NCBI GenBank assembly: GCA_050261115.1
Contig: JBLNCY010000009.1
Span: 1 to 30,708 of the forward strand
Length of the DNA stretch: 30,708 bases
Direction of reading: 5' to 3'
Source of the DNA: Methanocella sp.
GTDB lineage: Archaea; Thermoproteota; Bathyarchaeia; Bathyarchaeales; Bathycorpusculaceae
This document shows positions 27,132 through 30,708 of this stretch, one piece after another. Position numbers and translations under genes: made by a program. How positions within the stretch are numbered: the first letter of the stretch is position 1; every line of letters begins with the position of its first letter. A model generated the notes under the pieces. It was not told the origin of the DNA and did no database searches. It worked only from the letters and a program-made list of their open reading frames with translations.

Positions 27132-28115
27132 TTATTTGTTTTCTATATTTTCAAGGAGTCTATTTATTATCTTCAACTTCTTCCCCTCTAAATGCGATAT
27201 CGGGTCAGGTTTTATAGAATATTCGCTCTTATCCGTTTTTTCAAAGACTCTTTTTAGCAGGTCGCTGAAGTTATTCTCAGAACTTTCGAGAAAACGGTAA
27301 AGCGTAATTAGCTGTTTTTGATTAAAAATACTTAGAAAAACATGCCCGACATCAAACTCATTCCGCAAGACCATAATAGGAATAAAGTTGCTTTCAATCT
27401 CTTTTTTAGAATATCCAAGCTTTGCTAATTCACACCTCACATCATCAATTCTTTCCCCGAACAAGACCTGCAATACTTTGCATAGGTTTAAAATGGTCTC
27501 AGCCATAAATTCGAAAATAGAATTCCCCGTTTCAGCTAATCTTCTTGCAACATAAGAATAATAAGCTGCGGCAATCAGTCGCCGACTGTTAAGGTTCTCA
27601 ATCTTTAAGAATGAGTTAAGCGCCTTTTTTTCCTGAAATTCATCGTCAGTAACATCAAAACTTGAACTTCTTTGGTCAATTTCCCAGTTAAACTCAACGT
27701 TCCCTACCTTTCCCTTCGTATTTTGAATTAAAGGTGCTTCTATCAATTCAATATTTAATAGCAGTGGCAAAGTAAAATGCGAGGTCTCAAGTAGGTTTTG
27801 TAAGTCTTCTCTAGAATTACAATGTTGTCTAACGGTGAGTAAGTTGCCTTTTAGATGCAGTGTTAGATTATTCCACACAACTTTAGTGTCAATTTCTTTG
27901 AGTGATAAATCAGAATGAACCCACGTTCTTCCCGTATTCGCATCAAAAATAAGATTCGCATTGCTTCCTTTCTTAATGGTCTTTCCAACTTTTAATGGAT
28001 TACCAAATTGAGTTGACGGTTTGAACAAAACATTGATTTCAACATCATTCGGAAAAGAAATCGCCGTCTTGCCATTTAACCTTAAAACTCTATGTTGCAA
28101 TTGATAGGTTAGCAT
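27132..28115 (-). CDS. putative HEPN-domain protein (ApeA/MauJ-like architecture)
   Basis: Beta-rich N-terminus and a helical C-terminus with AAYYSYVARR...ILNLCKVLQ...LRNEFDVGH (Rx6H). Confidence 0.55.
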   Translation of the reverse strand: MLTYQLQHRVLRLNGKTAISFPNDVEINVLFKPSTQFGNPLKVGKTIKKGSNANLIFDANTGRTWVHSDLSLKEIDTKVVWNNLTLHLKGNLLTVRQHCNSREDLQNLLETSHFTLPLLLNIELIEAPLIQNTKGKVGNVEFNWEIDQRSSSFDVTDDEFQEKKALNSFLKIENLNSRRLIAAAYYSYVARRLAETGNSIFEFMAETILNLCKVLQVLFGERIDDVRCELAKLGYSKKEIESNFIPIMVLRNEFDVGHVFLSIFNQKQLITLYRFLESSENNFSDLLKRVFEKTDKSEYSIKPDPISHLEGKKLKIINRLLENIENK

Positions 28116-28180
28116 ATTTGCCCTCGTGCTTTAGTTACTCTTTTCTTGAGGTTTTTATGGTTTTTGTGGTTATTTCGATC

Positions 28181-29116
28181 TCAATTAGGTTTTTTAAAAT
28201 ATGTTATTCCTTCTGCTTGGCACACTAGAATGCAGTCGTCTTTGATGGCTTGCTCTATTTCCGCTTGGTTATGGCATACTATAGGTATCCAGCTTACGTT
28301 AGAGTCATCAAAAACACTGATATAGCGTTCTATGCTTCGTAAGTCCTTGTGTCCAAGCAATTGTTTTACATAGAAGGTATTGTGCTGTGAGAGAGTATAT
28401 TCTTTAGATGCTTTAAATCGCCTGAAATCATACAAGCAGATTTGTTTTAGCTCTGGCATGTTGTAATCTTTGGCTAATCGATTTCTAGAATGCCGATAGT
28501 TGTTTGCAAAGTTATCGGAGGTTATATTGAATAATCGGCTATTGGCGTTAAGCTGCTTTTTCTGTATGTAGATTTTCAAAAGCCCGATTGATTTTGCCTT
28601 CAGTTTTCCATCTCTTCCTACAGTGTGTTTGGCTCCTGTTATGCTTACCATTCCTGTGTTTAGGTCTATGTCTTTGACTGTTAACCATATTAGCTCTTGA
28701 GGTCGAGTTCCCAAGTCTTTCGTCATTGATAATTTAAGAGATAATTCTAAACGGAAGTGATTTATCATAAAGTCCAAGAGGGCTTCTTTGGGTGCTCTGT
28801 GTTTTTTGTCATAACGTTGATAAAAAGGTTGGTTCCATGTTAAGCCTAAGGATTTTATTAGTATTGCATATGATTCTATGAGGTTCTCTTTTCGGGCATT
28901 CGAGCAGTTCTTTTTAGCTATGAAAAGTTTGACTGCTTCAGGATTATTCGTATTGCAGTTGCGTTCTAAGTGCCTTAGTTCCTTAGCTACTCTTTTTACT
29001 GTGGTTTGTTCATAGGCGTTCTTTAGCATCCACAGCATAACGTTTGGGATATTTAGTTTTCCGATGTCTTGGGGTTGTTCGTTACTTTCCTGCTGGGTTT
29101 TTTGGTTTTTGCTCAA
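28181..29116 (-). CDS. tyrosine recombinase/integrase
   Basis: GTRPQEL (R), GAKH (K), YDFRR (HxxR variant), LLGHKDLRSIERY (H, Y). Starts ~30 bp from att copy B. Confidence 0.93.
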   Translation of the reverse strand: MSKNQKTQQESNEQPQDIGKLNIPNVMLWMLKNAYEQTTVKRVAKELRHLERNCNTNNPEAVKLFIAKKNCSNARKENLIESYAILIKSLGLTWNQPFYQRYDKKHRAPKEALLDFMINHFRLELSLKLSMTKDLGTRPQELIWLTVKDIDLNTGMVSITGAKHTVGRDGKLKAKSIGLLKIYIQKKQLNANSRLFNITSDNFANNYRHSRNRLAKDYNMPELKQICLYDFRRFKASKEYTLSQHNTFYVKQLLGHKDLRSIERYISVFDDSNVSWIPIVCHNQAEIEQAIKDDCILVCQAEGITYFKKPN

Positions 29117-29138
29117 TTTTCATTTCCTATTACGGTAG

Positions 29139-29196
29139 CCCTTTAATAGACTGGGATGCTGTTCTATCAGCGGGGGATGATGTCGCCGTCCCAGTC
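29139..29196 (+). repeat. att-like copy B (integrase-proximal end), including TATA-like TTTAATA at 29142-29148
   Basis: Direct repeat of 23290-23345, with inverted arms GACTGGGATG / CGTCCCAGTC. Confidence 0.9.
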
Positions 29197-29237
29197 TGAT
29201 TGGGAAAGATGACGAATAAAAACGATTGACAGACCCC
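29172..29237 (+). ncRNA. box C/D 2'-O-methylation guide sRNA, predicted to guide 23S rRNA Gm2251 (E. coli numbering)
   Basis: Terminal stem GGGG/CCCC. C box ATGATGT (29177-83), 12-nt guide CGCCGTCCCAGT, D' CTGA (29196-99), C' ATGACGA (29209-15), D CAGA (29230-33). Geometry fits a K-turn and a TATA lies ~24 nt upstream. The guide pairs with the conserved P-loop RCUGGGGCGGY. Confidence 0.8.
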
Positions 29238-29254
29238 AAAGGGAGCCAAACTGT

Positions 29255-29392
29255 ATGCAGTGCCCAAAATGTAAATCCAACCGCGTTGAGCGTCAACGTA
29301 ACCAGGAAGTTAAGTGTCTAGCGTGTGGTATGGTGTTTTATTTTGTTACGCCTGACACGGGTTCGCTGGATTATAGCCGATACGAACTCTAA
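29255..29392 (+). CDS. small zinc-ribbon protein (45 aa), absent from the ORF track
   Basis: MQCPKCKSNRVERQRNQEVKCLACGMVFYFVTPDTGSLDYSRYEL has CxxC-x14-CxxC, with GGGAG upstream. Confidence 0.75.
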   Translation: MQCPKCKSNRVERQRNQEVKCLACGMVFYFVTPDTGSLDYSRYEL

Positions 29393-29440
29393 AACCTCAT
29401 CCATCTCGTTTTTCCCTTATATTTTAGGGGTCAACCTTAA

Positions 29441-29456
29441 ATGAATAATTATTCAT
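29441..29456. promoter_or_regulatory. perfect 16-bp palindrome, probable ArsR-family operator overlapping the TATA box
   Basis: ATGAATAA-TTATTCAT directly at CTTAAAT, upstream of the ArsR gene. Confidence 0.7.
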
Positions 29457-29464
29457 ATGATTAG

Positions 29465-29812
29465 GTGTTCATACAAATCACGAGTAGGTGCAGCACAACG
29501 AAGAAAGCCCCCACAAAACTCTGCCACCGCGTATTCGCAAACCTAGCCAACCCCACACGCCTCGCAGCCATCGAGCAACTCATCAACAAGCCGCTGAGCG
29601 TGACCGAACTCGCAAAAGCCCTGGGAAAAGAACAAAGCATGATCAGCCACAACATCAAGCCCCTAATCGAATGCAACATCCTAACCAGTCACCGAATGGG
29701 AAAAAAACACATCCTAACCGTAAACCTGGAAACCATCGCACCTATATTCGAAGCCATAGAAAACCACAACCTAAAATTCTGCCCCTACGGCGGAAAATGC
29801 AGGGAGGAATAG
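29465..29812 (+). CDS. ArsR/SmtB-family transcriptional regulator
   Basis: VFANLANPTRLAAIEQL..KPLSVTELAKALGKEQSMISHNIKPL and a C-terminal HNLKFCPYGGKC metal or redox motif. Start uncertain. Confidence 0.9.
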   Translation: MFIQITSRCSTTKKAPTKLCHRVFANLANPTRLAAIEQLINKPLSVTELAKALGKEQSMISHNIKPLIECNILTSHRMGKKHILTVNLETIAPIFEAIENHNLKFCPYGGKCREE

Positions 29813-29815
29813 AGA

Positions 29816-30460
29816 GTGAAACGGAAAATCGTACAGATAGATGAATCGAAATGTAACGGATGCGGAGCATGCATCCCCAAATGCGCAGAAGGCGCACTCC
29901 AAATAATCAACGGCAAAGCCCGACTAGTCAAAGACACATACTGCGACGGGTTAGGCGCATGCCTAGGACACTGCCCCCAAGACGCCATCACAATCACCGA
30001 ACGCGAGGCAGAAGAATTCGACCAAAATGAGGTACATGAATACCTCAAAAGCAAAGAAACCCCAAAACCCACAACCCCAGCAGTCAGCACAGAACCGCAG
30101 AGACCGCAGTGGCCAATAAAACTCGACCTCGTCCCGCCCAAAGCACCCTTCTTCGAAGGCGCACACCTATTGCTAGCCGCAGACTGCGCACCAGTTGCCC
30201 TCAAAAGCTTCCACGACCTCATGGCAGGCAAACGCATCGTCATCGGCTGCCCCAAATTCAACGACGCCCGAGCCTACGCAGCAAAACTAACCGAGATCCT
30301 AAAACAAAACAACATCGCATCCATCACAGTAGTCCACATGGAAGTCCCTTGCTGCACCGGCCTAAAATGGGCCGTTAACAAAGCCATAGCAGAATCAGGC
30401 AAACAAGTACCTGTCAAAGAGTACGAAGTCAAAATCGGAGGTGAACTCTTTGAGCTCTGA
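29816..30460 (+). CDS. 4Fe-4S dicluster domain protein / Fe-S oxidoreductase
   Basis: CNGCGACIPKC and CDGLGACLGHCP, followed by QWPIKL, AADC, GCPKF and MEVPCC. Confidence 0.9.
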   Translation: MKRKIVQIDESKCNGCGACIPKCAEGALQIINGKARLVKDTYCDGLGACLGHCPQDAITITEREAEEFDQNEVHEYLKSKETPKPTTPAVSTEPQRPQWPIKLDLVPPKAPFFEGAHLLLAADCAPVALKSFHDLMAGKRIVIGCPKFNDARAYAAKLTEILKQNNIASITVVHMEVPCCTGLKWAVNKAIAESGKQVPVKEYEVKIGGELFEL

Positions 30461-30701
30461 CAAAAAAATAGAGAAAAACCCCGAAACATGCCCCGGACTG
30501 CGCGACCTACTGCAGCCTAAACCATCATACATAAACTGTCACGTCTGCGGCGCTGAACTAGAAATCTGGAGCGACGAAGACAAAACCACATGCCCAAGCT
30601 GCGGCGCCGAATGGAAACGCCCCGACCCCAACGCGGCATGCCTACAGTACTGTCAATACGCCGACAAATGCCGAGGCATAATTGAAGCAAGAAAACGCTA
30701 A
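30441..30701 (+). CDS. small Cys-rich Zn-ribbon protein
   Basis: CPG...CHVCGAELEIWSDE...CPSCG...CLQYCQYADKC. Overlaps the upstream gene. The start may be TTG 30450. Confidence 0.8.
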   Translation: MNSLSSDKKIEKNPETCPGLRDLLQPKPSYINCHVCGAELEIWSDEDKTTCPSCGAEWKRPDPNAACLQYCQYADKCRGIIEARKR

Positions 30702-30708
30702 CAACCAA

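Larger units (their letters stand above)
23322..29194. mobile_element. integrated rolling-circle plasmid-like or cryptic element (~5.9 kb)
   Basis: 24-bp direct repeats at both ends, a tyrosine integrase next to one end, HUH Rep, wHTH regulator and AT-rich cargo. No capsid or conjugation genes recognised. Confidence 0.85.

Noticed and set aside
29082-29128. Out-of-frame ATG at 29123 upstream of the integrase, suggesting a frameshift
   Set aside because: TTG 29116 has AGGA 8 nt upstream and gives a full-length protein, so no frameshift is needed.
29149-29237. Reading the repeat as a tRNA fragment or a fluoride (crcB) riboswitch
   Set aside because: No T-loop or cloverleaf. The riboswitch P1 is mismatched and the pseudoknot partner is missing. 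The C/D architecture explains the sequence better.

Overview
Archaeal DNA. The archaeal-type PheS/PheT, TATA/BRE promoters, GGTGA/GGAG ribosome-binding sites and PEF-CTERM-like surface protein suggest Bathyarchaeia, but the taxon is my inference. Left third: a complete type I-B CRISPR-Cas locus on the minus strand (cas8-cas7-cas5-cas3-cas6-cas1-cas2-cas4) with a probable internally translated Cas11. The array has 18 repeats and 17 spacers, its leader is on the right, and one spacer occurs twice. Middle: housekeeping genes (PRC-barrel protein, large CARDB surface protein, Lrp/AsnC domain, pheT/pheS, TspO-like protein, P-type ATPase). Right third, the most interesting part: a ~5.9 kb integrated element encoding a tyrosine recombinase, an HUH rolling-circle Rep, a wHTH regulator, a HEPN-like protein and a radical SAM cargo gene. 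Its flanking direct repeat is not a tRNA. It is the 5' part of an apparent box C/D guide sRNA (29172-29237) whose D' guide complements the 23S rRNA P-loop and predicts Gm2251 by the N+5 rule. A third degenerate copy bounds a ~1.1 kb single-gene unit, giving a tandem, cassette-like array anchored on the sRNA gene. The window ends with a small Zn-ribbon ORF and an ArsR / Fe-S operon.
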